Source of the DNA: Thermodesulfobacteriota bacterium
GTDB lineage: Bacteria > Desulfobacterota_D > UBA1144 > Nemesobacterales > UBA2774
Assembly (NCBI GenBank): GCA_035455615.1
Contig: DATIET010000269.1
Span: 1-35,884 of the forward strand
DNA: 35,884 nt
Direction of reading: 5' to 3'
This document shows, piece by piece, positions 8,879 through 18,587 of the stretch (position 1 is the first letter of the stretch; each line of letters starts with the position of its first letter). The translations under genes were made by a program, and so were the position numbers. The notes beneath the pieces are model-generated. The model did not search any database. It saw only the letters and a program-made list of their open reading frames with translations, and was not told the DNA's origin.

Positions 8879-10738
8879 ATGAAAAAATATATCTTTTTAT
8901 CTTTTTCATACCTGCTCATATATGTATCAATAATTCATGCACCGGTCGTTACATTCTGTCAGGAAAAAGATAAGGGAGCGCCGAGCGCCGGGAGCGAAGA
9001 AGCCGCTGAGCCGGTCGTCCGCATTTCCAAGATAAAAATCAAGGGGGCGAAAGTCCTCACCAAGCAGGATATAGAGCAGAGCATAGGGACTGGTTTCCCT
9101 TCCATCAAGTTCTGGGTGAAGAAGCCCGAGTTCAACGAAGAGGTGCTGAAGGATGACATGATCAGGATAAAGAGGCTCTATGCGAACCAGGGTTATTACG
9201 ACGCCCAGGCCTCTTACGAGCTCAAGTTCAATAAAGACAACACTAGGGTCGAGATAACGATCAACATAACGGAGGGGGAGCCGATAATACTCACGGAGCT
9301 CAGCCTCGAGTACGAGGGGGACCTGAGCGACGACATAAAAAAGGAAATAGAAAAAGCCGTGCCGCTCAAAGTGGATAAGAATTTCTCTCCTAACGGATAC
9401 CAGCAGACCAAGGGGGCGATCACGGAGATACTCTCCGAGAAGGGCTACCCCAAGGCTGAAATAGAGGGCGAGGCCCTCGTAAACAGGAAGGAGAAATGGG
9501 CGAAGGCGACTTTCGTCGTCAAACCGGGCTCCATCTACAGGTTCGGAACGGTCGCCGTCGAGGGGAACGAGCAGGTGAAGAGTTATATCATTTCGAGGGA
9601 AGCGGTTTTCAAGCAGGGCGAAGAGTATTCATTGACCAAGATAAACGAAACGCAGGCCAATATATTCCAGCTGGGCTTGTTCAGGTCGGTCGTGATCGAC
9701 CCCGTATACGACGAGGCTTCGAGGATCGCCGACATGAAAATAGTCGTGAAAGAAAGAAAACAGGGGTCGGTGAAATTCGGTGTCGGTTTCGGCACCGAAG
9801 ACAAGCTGAGGGGGCAGGTGATCTGGACGAAGAGAAATTTCTTCGGCGGGGGACGGAGGCTCGAAGTCGCGGGTAAGGCCTCTTTCATTACCCAGAGGCT
9901 CGAGACGAGCGTCATACAGCCGTTTATATTGGGCAGGGATTCGAGTCTCACGGGCGCTCTCAATTTCCAGAGGGACGACGTACCGAGCTTCGAGGGCGAA
10001 AGCTTCCTCGCTACGGCCGAGCTCCAGAAGGACTTTGCTCAATACTACTCGTCCTTCGGCTCATTCAACGTACAGTTCTCGAGGGTCCAGAAGAGCGCGA
10101 GGAGGACCCCGGAGGAAGAGAGCAGGGAAAATTTCTTCCTCACATTCTTCAATACCGGGATCGAGCGGGACACCACGGACAACATACTTAACCCCACGCG
10201 CGGTTTCGTCGTCTCAACGGGGCTCGAGTCCTCGTTCCGGGCCCTCCTCTCTGACGTGAATTACCTGAAGGGCACGGTCGAGTTGAGAGGGTATAAAAAA
10301 TTATACAAGATGATCCTTGCGAAGAAGATAACGATGGGAGTGATTCAGCCTTTCGGCAACACAGGCACATTCGACATACCTATATTCAAGAGGTTCTTTG
10401 CGGGGGGCAGCACCAGCATGAGGGGCTTCCCTTTCCAGAAGCTCGGTCCGCTAAGCGACGGGGGGGACCCGCTCGGAGGCAACTCTCTCCTCGTGGGCAG
10501 CTTCGAGGTCAGGTATCCGATCTACGGGGAATTCGGCGGGGTCGTGTTCTTCGACTACGGTAACGTATTCGCCGACGAGTGGAGCTTCCCCCTGGGGGGC
10601 CTTAAGTACGCCCCCGGCGTGGGGCTCAGGTATGACACTATAATCGGGCCGGTAAGGTTCGACGTGGGTTATGCGCTCAACCCGGAGCCAGGCATAAGGA
10701 GGGTTCAGTTCTTTATAAGCATAGGGCAGGCGTTCTGA
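8879..10738 (+). CDS. Omp85-family outer-membrane protein, short (about 3 POTRA) TamA/BamA-like
   Basis: 619 aa. N-terminal signal peptide. About 250 aa of POTRA-like repeats (VRISKIKIKGAKVLTKQDIE, YRFGTVAVEGNEQVKSYIISRE). The barrel starts near GSVKFGVGFGTEDKLRG and ends in FFISIGQAF (aromatic terminus). Confidence 0.8.
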   Translation: MKKYIFLSFSYLLIYVSIIHAPVVTFCQEKDKGAPSAGSEEAAEPVVRISKIKIKGAKVLTKQDIEQSIGTGFPSIKFWVKKPEFNEEVLKDDMIRIKRLYANQGYYDAQASYELKFNKDNTRVEITINITEGEPIILTELSLEYEGDLSDDIKKEIEKAVPLKVDKNFSPNGYQQTKGAITEILSEKGYPKAEIEGEALVNRKEKWAKATFVVKPGSIYRFGTVAVEGNEQVKSYIISREAVFKQGEEYSLTKINETQANIFQLGLFRSVVIDPVYDEASRIADMKIVVKERKQGSVKFGVGFGTEDKLRGQVIWTKRNFFGGGRRLEVAGKASFITQRLETSVIQPFILGRDSSLTGALNFQRDDVPSFEGESFLATAELQKDFAQYYSSFGSFNVQFSRVQKSARRTPEEESRENFFLTFFNTGIERDTTDNILNPTRGFVVSTGLESSFRALLSDVNYLKGTVELRGYKKLYKMILAKKITMGVIQPFGNTGTFDIPIFKRFFAGGSTSMRGFPFQKLGPLSDGGDPLGGNSLLVGSFEVRYPIYGEFGGVVFFDYGNVFADEWSFPLGGLKYAPGVGLRYDTIIGPVRFDVGYALNPEPGIRRVQFFISIGQAF

Positions 10739-11023
10739 TCACACAGGCGAATTGCTGGTGGGGTTTTTGATCGAGCTGTTTTCTTCTTCCTCTTTGTCTT
10801 CCGTGGACTCTTCGTTTTCCGTCTTTTCGGGTGCTTTCGCCTCGCGGGTTTCTTTTTCGTCTATCTCGAACTGTATGGAGTCCTTGAGCTCGTTCTTGGC
10901 CCTCTCGAGCTCGCGCATTCCCCTGCCGAGGGTCTTAGCGAGCTTCGGTATCTCGTTAGGCCCCAGCACGAGCAGCGCGATGAGGAGTATTATTAATATT
11001 TCGCTCGTTCCTATTCCGAACAT
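10739..11023 (-). CDS. tatA: Twin-arginine translocase TatA/TatB-family protein
   Basis: 94 aa. MFGIGTSEILIILLIALLVLGPNEIPKLAKTLGRGMRELERAKNELK is the canonical TatA/E TM plus amphipathic helix. The tail is acidic. Confidence 0.85.
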   Translation of the reverse strand: MFGIGTSEILIILLIALLVLGPNEIPKLAKTLGRGMRELERAKNELKDSIQFEIDEKETREAKAPEKTENEESTEDKEEEENSSIKNPTSNSPV

Positions 11024-11182
11024 AACCCCGCCTGACCGTCATGAGAAAGGCTACCTCATTATACCTGCATGTTCAATAAACGCTGCGAAACCCGGTCAGG
11101 CGATTTGTGCTACAATTATTCACTGCTTGTAGTAAAATGAACTTGAGAGTAATAAAATAACTGCACACAAAGGAGTGTGATC

Positions 11183-12178
11183 ATGAAAGCGATCCGTTAT
11201 CACGAGTTTGGGGAAGTGGATGTGCTCAAGTACGAAGACGTGCCTGAGCCCGAGCTCGGGGACGATGAAGTCCTCGTAAGGGTCAAAGCCGCGTCTTTAA
11301 ACCATCTTGACTTGAGACTCAGGTCCGGCAAATCGCCCCGTCCCGTCGACCTCCCGCACATAGGCGGCGTCGATATCGCGGGCGACGTGGAGAGAGCCGG
11401 CAAGAACGTAAAGGACCTCTTCCCAGGCACGCGCGTCGTCATAGACCCGACCGTGAAGACCCCGAAAGGCCCCATGGTGATCGGAGTCAATTTCTACGGG
11501 GGGTTTGCGGAGTACGTGAAAGTCCCCGCGGCAAACGCTGTCCCGATACCGGACGAAGTGTCCTATGACGACGCATCGGCGCTCCCGATATGCTACGTGA
11601 CGGCGTGGTACGGGCTCTTCGACAGGGGCGGGATGCAGAGCGGAGAGACGGTGCTCGTCCACGCGGCCGGGAGCGGGACCGGGAGCGCCGCCGTCCAGAT
11701 CGCGAAGGAGGGCGGAGCCTTTGTTATCGCGACCGCGGGGAGCGACGAAAAACTGGAGAAGGTGCGGAAGCTCGGCGCGGACGCCACGATCAACTACAAC
11801 ACGACCGACTTCTCGGAAGAGGTGAAGAAGATAACTGACAACAAAGGGGTGGACCTGATTTTCGACCAGATAGGCGCATCAGTCTGGGAGAACAACCTCA
11901 AGTCGCTCAAGATGAAGGGCCGGCTCCTTCTTATCGGTGTAGTCGGCGGGGGACAGACTACGTTCAATTTCGGCCCGGTCATAGTCAAAGACCTGTCCGT
12001 TCTCGGCGTCACGGTGTTTAACGCCCCGAGGGGCAACCTTATAAACGTCATCAACCTCGTTTCGCTCGGGAGGCTCTCGCCCGTGATAGACAAGAGGTTC
12101 CCGCTCTCCGAAGCTGCCGCGGCGCAGAAGATGTTAGAAGACAGGAGCCAGTTCGGAAAGGTGATACTGAACCCGTGA
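11183..12178 (+). CDS. Zinc-type alcohol dehydrogenase-like / NADPH:quinone oxidoreductase (MDR superfamily)
   Basis: MKAIRYHEFG start with AGGAG 7 nt upstream. GroES-like N-domain. Cofactor-binding motif LVHAAGSGTGSAAVQIAK. C-terminal FGKVIL ending typical of QOR-like MDRs. Confidence 0.8.
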   Translation: MKAIRYHEFGEVDVLKYEDVPEPELGDDEVLVRVKAASLNHLDLRLRSGKSPRPVDLPHIGGVDIAGDVERAGKNVKDLFPGTRVVIDPTVKTPKGPMVIGVNFYGGFAEYVKVPAANAVPIPDEVSYDDASALPICYVTAWYGLFDRGGMQSGETVLVHAAGSGTGSAAVQIAKEGGAFVIATAGSDEKLEKVRKLGADATINYNTTDFSEEVKKITDNKGVDLIFDQIGASVWENNLKSLKMKGRLLLIGVVGGGQTTFNFGPVIVKDLSVLGVTVFNAPRGNLINVINLVSLGRLSPVIDKRFPLSEAAAAQKMLEDRSQFGKVILNP

Positions 12179-12282
12179 GGTTCGGTCTGCATGAGTAATA
12201 AAAAGACGCTTACTGAATAGATACATCGACAGGCTCTCAAGAATCCAGACGTCTCTTATCAGTTCAAGCACGAGGTTTTGAA

Positions 12283-13074
12283 ATGGATATAAAAACGTTA
12301 ATGCCTGTTATACCGCTATGGGCCGTATTTATTGGGTCGTTTCTGATTGTCTTCCTATCTATTTTTCTAGGCTTCAGGTTCGGCACCTATCACAAGAGGC
12401 ACGCCGACGGGCAGGGGGAGGCGCCGATCGGCGCCGTCGTTGGAGCGACGCTGGGCCTGCTCGCGTTCCTGCTGGCTTTCACGTTCGGGATAACTGCTTC
12501 CCGTTTCGACACGAGGAAGCAGCTTCTCCTCGATGAGGTAAATGCGATAGGGACGGCGTTCCTGCGGACGGATTTTCTGGTGGAGCCCTACCGCACGGAA
12601 ATACGGAAGCTCTTCCGCGAATATGTGGATATAAGAACCGCGTGGGTAAAGGAACCTGAGAGGCTTCCTGAGTTGATAACCGAGTCTGCCGAGATACAGG
12701 ACAAGCTCTGGGCCCGTTCAGTGGAGGCGGTGGCGAATACCCCAAACCAGGAGATTACGTCATCTTATATCGAGTCGCTCAACGAGGTAATAGACTTTCA
12801 TACGAAGAGAATAACCGTAGCCCTGATGTATCGAATTCCCACAGTCATTTGGTATGCACTGATTTTTGTGACCGTTCTTACCATGGGTGCGGTAGGTTAT
12901 CAGTTCGGAATCACGGGCGGCAGGAACCTCATTCTCACAATTCTACTGGCGCTGACATTCTCGGCGGTCATATATCTGATCGCGGACATCGACCGCAGTC
13001 TTGGAGGGGCGATAAAGGTGAGCCAGCAGCCCATGATCGAGCTTCAGAAAAAGATCGACGCGGCTTTTCCCTGA
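12283..13074 (+). CDS. Integral membrane protein, DUF4239/bestrophin-like domain family (tentative)
   Basis: 263 aa. Two N-terminal and two C-terminal TM helices flank a soluble helical segment. LLAFTFGITASRFDTRKQLLLDEVNAIGTAFLR resembles my recollection of the DUF4239 signature. Confidence 0.55.
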   Translation: MDIKTLMPVIPLWAVFIGSFLIVFLSIFLGFRFGTYHKRHADGQGEAPIGAVVGATLGLLAFLLAFTFGITASRFDTRKQLLLDEVNAIGTAFLRTDFLVEPYRTEIRKLFREYVDIRTAWVKEPERLPELITESAEIQDKLWARSVEAVANTPNQEITSSYIESLNEVIDFHTKRITVALMYRIPTVIWYALIFVTVLTMGAVGYQFGITGGRNLILTILLALTFSAVIYLIADIDRSLGGAIKVSQQPMIELQKKIDAAFP

Positions 13075-13105
13075 CCGGAAACCCGGTTTCATCCCCTGAA
13101 TTGAT

Positions 13106-14608
13106 TTAACGGAGCACCGCTTCGAAATCCCTGACGAGCGCTTTCGATCCCTGGTCTTCAATGCCGCATCTCTTTAAAAGCGAGCCCGCGGTTATCCTCC
13201 CTCCTTCCGACCAGACGCCCTTGAGGAAATCCCCCGCGCCCCCGGTCCTCCACCATTCCTCGTCGAACGATTCCGTCATGAATCGACGGAGTCCGGGCCC
13301 GGCAAGCGCGGCTTTAAACCTGAAAGGAGAGGAGAGCGGAGAGAGGAATTCGGCGATGTAATTCCGTCCGTCGGCTTCGCATTGCGCCGCGCCGTTCATG
13401 ATTTCTGTGAATATTTCGGGCAAATCACGAGGGTCTCCGATTCCGAAGAGCTCACCTGCATAGAGTGCTCGCCCCGCGTCGAGCCTCGCCGTCATGAGCC
13501 GCCTTAGACGGACGAAATCGAGGAAATCCCCGTCAGCGTCTATTTTTAAATGCCTCCTCAACCATCTTGGCTCGCAGACGAGACCCCCGAATAGCCCGGA
13601 GAAGAGGTCTGTGAGCGCCCCGTCTCTCAGGAATACGAATTCGAAATCGTCGTCCGGGTCCGTATGACAGAAGCATAGCGAGTGACCGAGACACCTGAGA
13701 AACGATTCGTAATCGTGGATACCGCCTGCGGGATAAATTGAGATAGCGGTTTCAAAAGGCGGGTTCAGCGGAAGCGAAAAGCCGTCCGTCTCCTTCCCGG
13801 CTCTCTTCTCCGTGTCGGAGCTCAGCTCGCGGGCCGGTGATAGCGCCATGCCTTCGAGAAAGGTCCTCGATAGGACAGCGGGTTCGATATTCGGGAAATA
13901 CCCTCGCAGCTCAGCCGAGTTGAATAAGAACGTCATATCATATACGGAGGCGTCCTTTAGCGGGAGCTCCATCTTTTTTATGAAGTGCCACCCGAGCATA
14001 TCCCGGGCTATGTAATCGGTATCGGTGAGGAACCTCTTCGCCTCCTCTCCGAGGCGCATAATCCCGGTACCGAAAGCCGCATCCAGGAGCTCCCCATAAC
14101 TTCCGAAGCCGAGGGACTCCGCGCATTCCGTCATTATCCCGAGCTTCCTCCGGCAGAGGGTGTTGAGCTCTGATAAGATTTCCGGGTCCACGATCGCGAT
14201 CTCGTCCCTTTTGTGTTTTTTCGGCTCGGATAATAAGGCGGCTTTTGCGGAGCGGAGCGTCAGATTCTTTCCGCCCGCGCGGAACTCGGCGCCCGCTTCG
14301 AGCGCGAGCATCATGTCTGTGGGCCCGGAGGTCTTTCCTCCGAGAATGGCCCCGGCCAGGAATGAGGAAATGAGCCTCTGCCTCGCTCTCTCTTCCTCGT
14401 CTCCGCAGGCGGGTTCTCTGTACGATAAATAGCTCTCGGGCTCTAGGAGCTCTCTATGCGAGCCATAGATATACTTTATGCGGGTCTTAATCTTTCTGCC
14501 GGAGAAATTGAGGAAGAGCTCCCTGTTGAGCTCCGTCAACAAACCGACGCCTTCTGATCTGATGAACCGGACCGTGTCTCCGCTCAATCCCGACACTCCC
14601 TCTTTCAA
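13106..14608 (-). CDS. Hypothetical soluble protein (500 aa), family not recognised
   Basis: Long ORF with codon usage consistent with its neighbours. No TM segment or signal peptide. It only vaguely resembles M3-type peptidase folds, with GHSLCFCH where HExxH would be expected, so no function is assigned. Confidence 0.6.
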   Translation of the reverse strand: MKEGVSGLSGDTVRFIRSEGVGLLTELNRELFLNFSGRKIKTRIKYIYGSHRELLEPESYLSYREPACGDEEERARQRLISSFLAGAILGGKTSGPTDMMLALEAGAEFRAGGKNLTLRSAKAALLSEPKKHKRDEIAIVDPEILSELNTLCRRKLGIMTECAESLGFGSYGELLDAAFGTGIMRLGEEAKRFLTDTDYIARDMLGWHFIKKMELPLKDASVYDMTFLFNSAELRGYFPNIEPAVLSRTFLEGMALSPARELSSDTEKRAGKETDGFSLPLNPPFETAISIYPAGGIHDYESFLRCLGHSLCFCHTDPDDDFEFVFLRDGALTDLFSGLFGGLVCEPRWLRRHLKIDADGDFLDFVRLRRLMTARLDAGRALYAGELFGIGDPRDLPEIFTEIMNGAAQCEADGRNYIAEFLSPLSSPFRFKAALAGPGLRRFMTESFDEEWWRTGGAGDFLKGVWSEGGRITAGSLLKRCGIEDQGSKALVRDFEAVLR

Positions 14609-14696
14609 ATTTAACTCCGGATATTACTCTGGCAATTATATAAGACCAGAGCTTTCATTGGAAGAAGTCCGCACGCCTTGCCCGGCGGGAGCGGGC

Positions 14697-15941
14697 TCAT
14701 GCCGTTTTGCGGACGGGGGCCTTCATAAAAAAGGCGCCCGCTGCCGCAAGGTAGCAGCAGATTATCGTGAACACGAACGGGTAAACATATGTCCCCGTGA
14801 TGTCGTGGACGTATCCAGCGAGGATCGGTCCTCCGATCGCTGCTATGGAGTAGGAAGTCCCGAAAATCCCGTATATGGTGCCGAGCGAGCGCAGTCCGAA
14901 AAACTTTCCAAGCAGCGTGGGAAAGATGGGCACCCAGGCGCTGTAGAAGAAGCCGAACAGGAACCCGAAAATGTAGAACGCCCAGATGTGGTCGAAGACG
15001 AGGAGCAGTATTATGGAACTCCCCTGAGCGAAGAAGCATATGAGCAGGACTTTTCTATACTCGAGCACCTCGGCGAGTATGGACGAAAGTAGGGTCCTGC
15101 CGATTATGCTCCCGAGCCCGATCGCCGCGGGCGGGCCCGCCGCCGCCAAAGCGGCGACCTTCAGGTCTATCTCGAAGTTGTAGAACTGGGTTACGATAAT
15201 AAGGAACGTGGTGAACCCGAGGAAGTACATCGAGTACATAAGCCAGTAGTTAGGCGTCGATATCGCTTCGAGGGCGGTCCAGTCGCCCTTGTCCGCCGGG
15301 ATGCCTGCGGCGCCGCCCGGCCTCTCGTCCTTACCGTTGTCCTCATCGCCGTAGGGCCTGAGGTTCATATCCGCGGGCCGCGCCCTCAGCACGAATGCGG
15401 TCATTATCACCGTCGTCATCAGCACGCCTAGAGCGAAGAGGGCGTTCCTCACCCCGAACCCGTTTATGAGCCACGCCGTGAGCGGGTTGGTTATGAGCCC
15501 GCTGAGCGGCACGCCCGTCGTTATAATCCCGATCGCGAGCGCCCTCTTTTTTGCGAACCACCTGCTTACGAGGGCGACGCACGTTATATACAGGACCGCG
15601 TCTCCGAGACCGACGAAAAATCCGTATGAAATATAGAGCTGCCATGTCGTTTCCGCGACGCCGGACATGAACATCCCGAGGGCAGCGATCAGGCCGCCGC
15701 CGAGTATCACCGCCCTCGGGTCGAACCTGTCGATCAGCCTGCCCGCGAGTATGAAAGCGGGGGCCTGTACCAGGGACCTGAAAGAGAAGAGCGACGAGCC
15801 CGCGGCGCGGGTGAGCCCGAAGTCTTCGTTAAGGTATGGAAGAAACACTCCGAATGAGTAGAGGAGGAGGCCGTCCAGGATGATAATAAAAAGTGAGGCT
15901 GCGACGATATACCAGCCGTAGAATATCTTTTTCCCGAACAT
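14697..15941 (-). CDS. MFS transporter
   Basis: 414 aa, 12-TM pattern. MFS loop motif GRLIDRFDPR between TM2 and TM3. Confidence 0.85.
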   Translation of the reverse strand: MFGKKIFYGWYIVAASLFIIILDGLLLYSFGVFLPYLNEDFGLTRAAGSSLFSFRSLVQAPAFILAGRLIDRFDPRAVILGGGLIAALGMFMSGVAETTWQLYISYGFFVGLGDAVLYITCVALVSRWFAKKRALAIGIITTGVPLSGLITNPLTAWLINGFGVRNALFALGVLMTTVIMTAFVLRARPADMNLRPYGDEDNGKDERPGGAAGIPADKGDWTALEAISTPNYWLMYSMYFLGFTTFLIIVTQFYNFEIDLKVAALAAAGPPAAIGLGSIIGRTLLSSILAEVLEYRKVLLICFFAQGSSIILLLVFDHIWAFYIFGFLFGFFYSAWVPIFPTLLGKFFGLRSLGTIYGIFGTSYSIAAIGGPILAGYVHDITGTYVYPFVFTIICCYLAAAGAFFMKAPVRKTA

Positions 15942-16089
15942 TTCGTCTCTCTTTATTGACTAAGGTTATGAATCCACGCGTGCGTAACCGGATTTTCCGG
16001 GCCGTGAGGTAACGCCTCATTCGTTAAGGGGGGTAATCATACCTGAAAAAGGCCTCGTGTTTCCATGCCCGAGCTTATGCACCGGGAAA

Positions 16090-16106
16090 GGCCCGAGGCC
16101 CGGGCC
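16090..16106 (-). terminator. Possible weak terminator hairpin directly after the HEAT-repeat gene stop
   Basis: GGCCCG-AGGCC-CGGGCC hairpin abutting the stop codon. On the minus strand only a short TTT run follows. Confidence 0.3.
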
Positions 16107-18587
16107 TCAGCCCTGCAGTTTCACTATTCTCTGATTTACGGTATTCGCTTGGCTTTCGTACTTGCCTGAGGCTTTCAGGGTTTCCTCCGCTTGTTTCAGT
16201 AACGGGATGTCCTTCTTCGTCCATTTCCCTGATTCGGTTATCTCGGAAATCCGCTTGGCGAAATCGTCCCTCATGTTCTTCCGATCCGCGGTGAAATCCC
16301 AGTTGTCGAGATAGATGCCGAGCAGCGCCGCGCTTTCCTTGCCGTTGATCGAGGCCGGTATTTCCGCAGCATCCGTTCCGATCCATTTGATAAGCATCTC
16401 GGACTCCTCGTCACCGCCGCTTGCGTAGTGTGCGAGCAGGCGGACCTTGTCCGACTCCTGCGGGTATTTGTATGTGGAGCCTAGAACCATAAGCACGGCG
16501 GTCTTGTCGAGCGGGCTCATATTCCAGAGAGCCTGTCTTGCTTTGATGCGGATTACTATCCTCTTGTTTCTGAGCGTTTCCGCGGCAGCGTCCGCCTCGC
16601 CGCTCGCCGCATGCCCCATATTCCCTAACGCTTCGAGCGCTGCGAGCACGCTGTTCGTATTCTCCGGTTTACTGTCATTCCTGGCTCTTATGAATTCGCC
16701 GAGTCCGGGGGCCTGGTCTGATGCGGACGCGCCCATCCTGCCGAGCGCGGTAGCTGTAATCAGCTGAACCCTTTCGCTCTTATCGTTGAGGAGCGCCGCC
16801 ACATCTGCATTATATTTCCTCGCGGGCTCGCCGAGGCCGAGCAGGGCGTCGACGGCGTTGATCCTCACCTTTTCCGATTCGTCTTTCAACATCGCGGCTA
16901 TCTCGGGTATGTAGGATTCGGCTGGCGGCCCTATCTGACCGAGCGCCCATGCGGCTTCTGCGCGGACGATCTCGTCCGGGTCTTTCAGGAGAGGAGCGAT
17001 TTCAGCCACCTGAGCGTCGGCGCCTGGACCAATCTCCCCCAGGGCTTCGAGCGCCGACGACCTTATGGCCGGGTTTCGGTCCTTCAGGAGCGCCGCCACG
17101 GCGGGGGCCATGGGCCTCCCCTTTTCTCCGAGCTCCCTGAAAAGAAATATCCCAGTACCGCGGAACTTAATTTGCTTCTTCTTCAGTAATCCCACGATCT
17201 CCTCTGACTGGGATTCCGTGAATTCACCTATAGAGGCGAGCGCCAGCGCTGCGTTGGCTCTTATTATTTTATATGGGCCATCGAGTAATCCGATTAATGT
17301 GTCCGTAATCTCCGACCCGCCTCCGGCCATCTCTCTTGAAACGAAGATCGCGTGATACCTGACCGCCTCATTGGTGCTTGTCACCTGCTTCAGGATTTTC
17401 GGGGCATAAGTTTTTCCGGCGTCCCCCATTTCGCTCAGTGTGTTCATCGCCGCAATGCGCACTTCGGGGTAGGGGTCGTTGAGGCGCTCGGCAACCCGAG
17501 GGGCCTTGTCCTTTGCGTTCGTTCCCAGTTCGCCGAGCGCGGCGAGTGCTCCGAGCCTCGCATTGGAGTCGATGTCTTTAAGCAAATACACGACAGCGTC
17601 TATGGTGTCGCTCTGCCCTATCGCCGTCTTGCCTATCGTCGCCGCGGCCTGGTCCCTGACCCTGCTGTTTTTATCTTTCAAAAGCTCTACGACGACGAGC
17701 CTCGAATCCTTCGGTATGTCGCCTATGCTGCCGAGCGCCTTCAAAGCGCTGGTTCTAACGTATACGTTCTTTCTCTTAAGCAGACCTGTGAGCTCGTCTG
17801 CGTAATCCGCAGATACTTTCCCGAACGCGCCCAGGGCAGCGGCCGCTCTCATGACGACGTCCACGTCTTCATCATTAAGGAGTTTCGCGATACCGGCGCT
17901 CTCGGCGGCTCCCGCGGGACCAAGGTGCCCGAGTACCTCCAGCGCCCCGGACCTCGCAGACGGGTTTGTGTCACTCAGCAGTTTCACTATTGCGGGTATC
18001 TGCTGTTCGGCTGCTTTCGGGTTTTTCGAAAGCAGCTCGACTGCGGCCATACTCACCTTGCTGCTGCCATCGCTTAGGAGCGGCACCGCCGCCTCCACCT
18101 GCTCAGGGCTGAGACCGCCTATGTTCCCGAGCGCCTGGAGCGCAGTGTAGCGGATGTTGGGGTCTTCGTCGGTCAGGCTTTTCATGATTACGGGGATCAG
18201 GTCCCTCGAAGACTCTCCCATCCCGCCCGCAGCCGTCAAAGCGGCCCTCCGTATTTGCGGGTTTTCGTCCTTGAGGAGCTGCGGGAGTCCCGGCATATCG
18301 CTCCTTTTCTTCGACTTTGCAAGCTCGTTTATCGCTTCTATCCTGACCTTGGGATCCGGGTCTTTCAGTGCCCGGCTGAGTCCCTCAACCTGCCATGGTT
18401 CGAAAACGGCCGCCGGTTCGATCTCGATCGCGGGCATTTTCTCGGATGCGTAACCCGAAGGAGTGAAAAGGCATGCCGCTGCGATTGATATAGCGAGCAG
18501 CATTATGCGGGCGGGCCGCGGTCGGGGGGTATCCGAAGTATCCGCGCTTCGCTTTTCTGTGTGACTGCAACTGTATGGCAAGCTCAT
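16107..18587 (-). CDS. Exported HEAT-repeat (PBS-lyase HEAT-like) protein
   Basis: 826 aa. AGGGAG lies 7 nt upstream of the ATG at 18587. Signal-like segment RIMLLAISIAAACLFTPSGYA. About 20 tandem units of roughly 31 aa of the form LLKD.dp.VR..A..ALG.iG. Non-repeat C-terminal domain of about 150 aa. Confidence 0.85.
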   Translation of the reverse strand: MSLPYSCSHTEKRSADTSDTPRPRPARIMLLAISIAAACLFTPSGYASEKMPAIEIEPAAVFEPWQVEGLSRALKDPDPKVRIEAINELAKSKKRSDMPGLPQLLKDENPQIRRAALTAAGGMGESSRDLIPVIMKSLTDEDPNIRYTALQALGNIGGLSPEQVEAAVPLLSDGSSKVSMAAVELLSKNPKAAEQQIPAIVKLLSDTNPSARSGALEVLGHLGPAGAAESAGIAKLLNDEDVDVVMRAAAALGAFGKVSADYADELTGLLKRKNVYVRTSALKALGSIGDIPKDSRLVVVELLKDKNSRVRDQAAATIGKTAIGQSDTIDAVVYLLKDIDSNARLGALAALGELGTNAKDKAPRVAERLNDPYPEVRIAAMNTLSEMGDAGKTYAPKILKQVTSTNEAVRYHAIFVSREMAGGGSEITDTLIGLLDGPYKIIRANAALALASIGEFTESQSEEIVGLLKKKQIKFRGTGIFLFRELGEKGRPMAPAVAALLKDRNPAIRSSALEALGEIGPGADAQVAEIAPLLKDPDEIVRAEAAWALGQIGPPAESYIPEIAAMLKDESEKVRINAVDALLGLGEPARKYNADVAALLNDKSERVQLITATALGRMGASASDQAPGLGEFIRARNDSKPENTNSVLAALEALGNMGHAASGEADAAAETLRNKRIVIRIKARQALWNMSPLDKTAVLMVLGSTYKYPQESDKVRLLAHYASGGDEESEMLIKWIGTDAAEIPASINGKESAALLGIYLDNWDFTADRKNMRDDFAKRISEITESGKWTKKDIPLLKQAEETLKASGKYESQANTVNQRIVKLQG

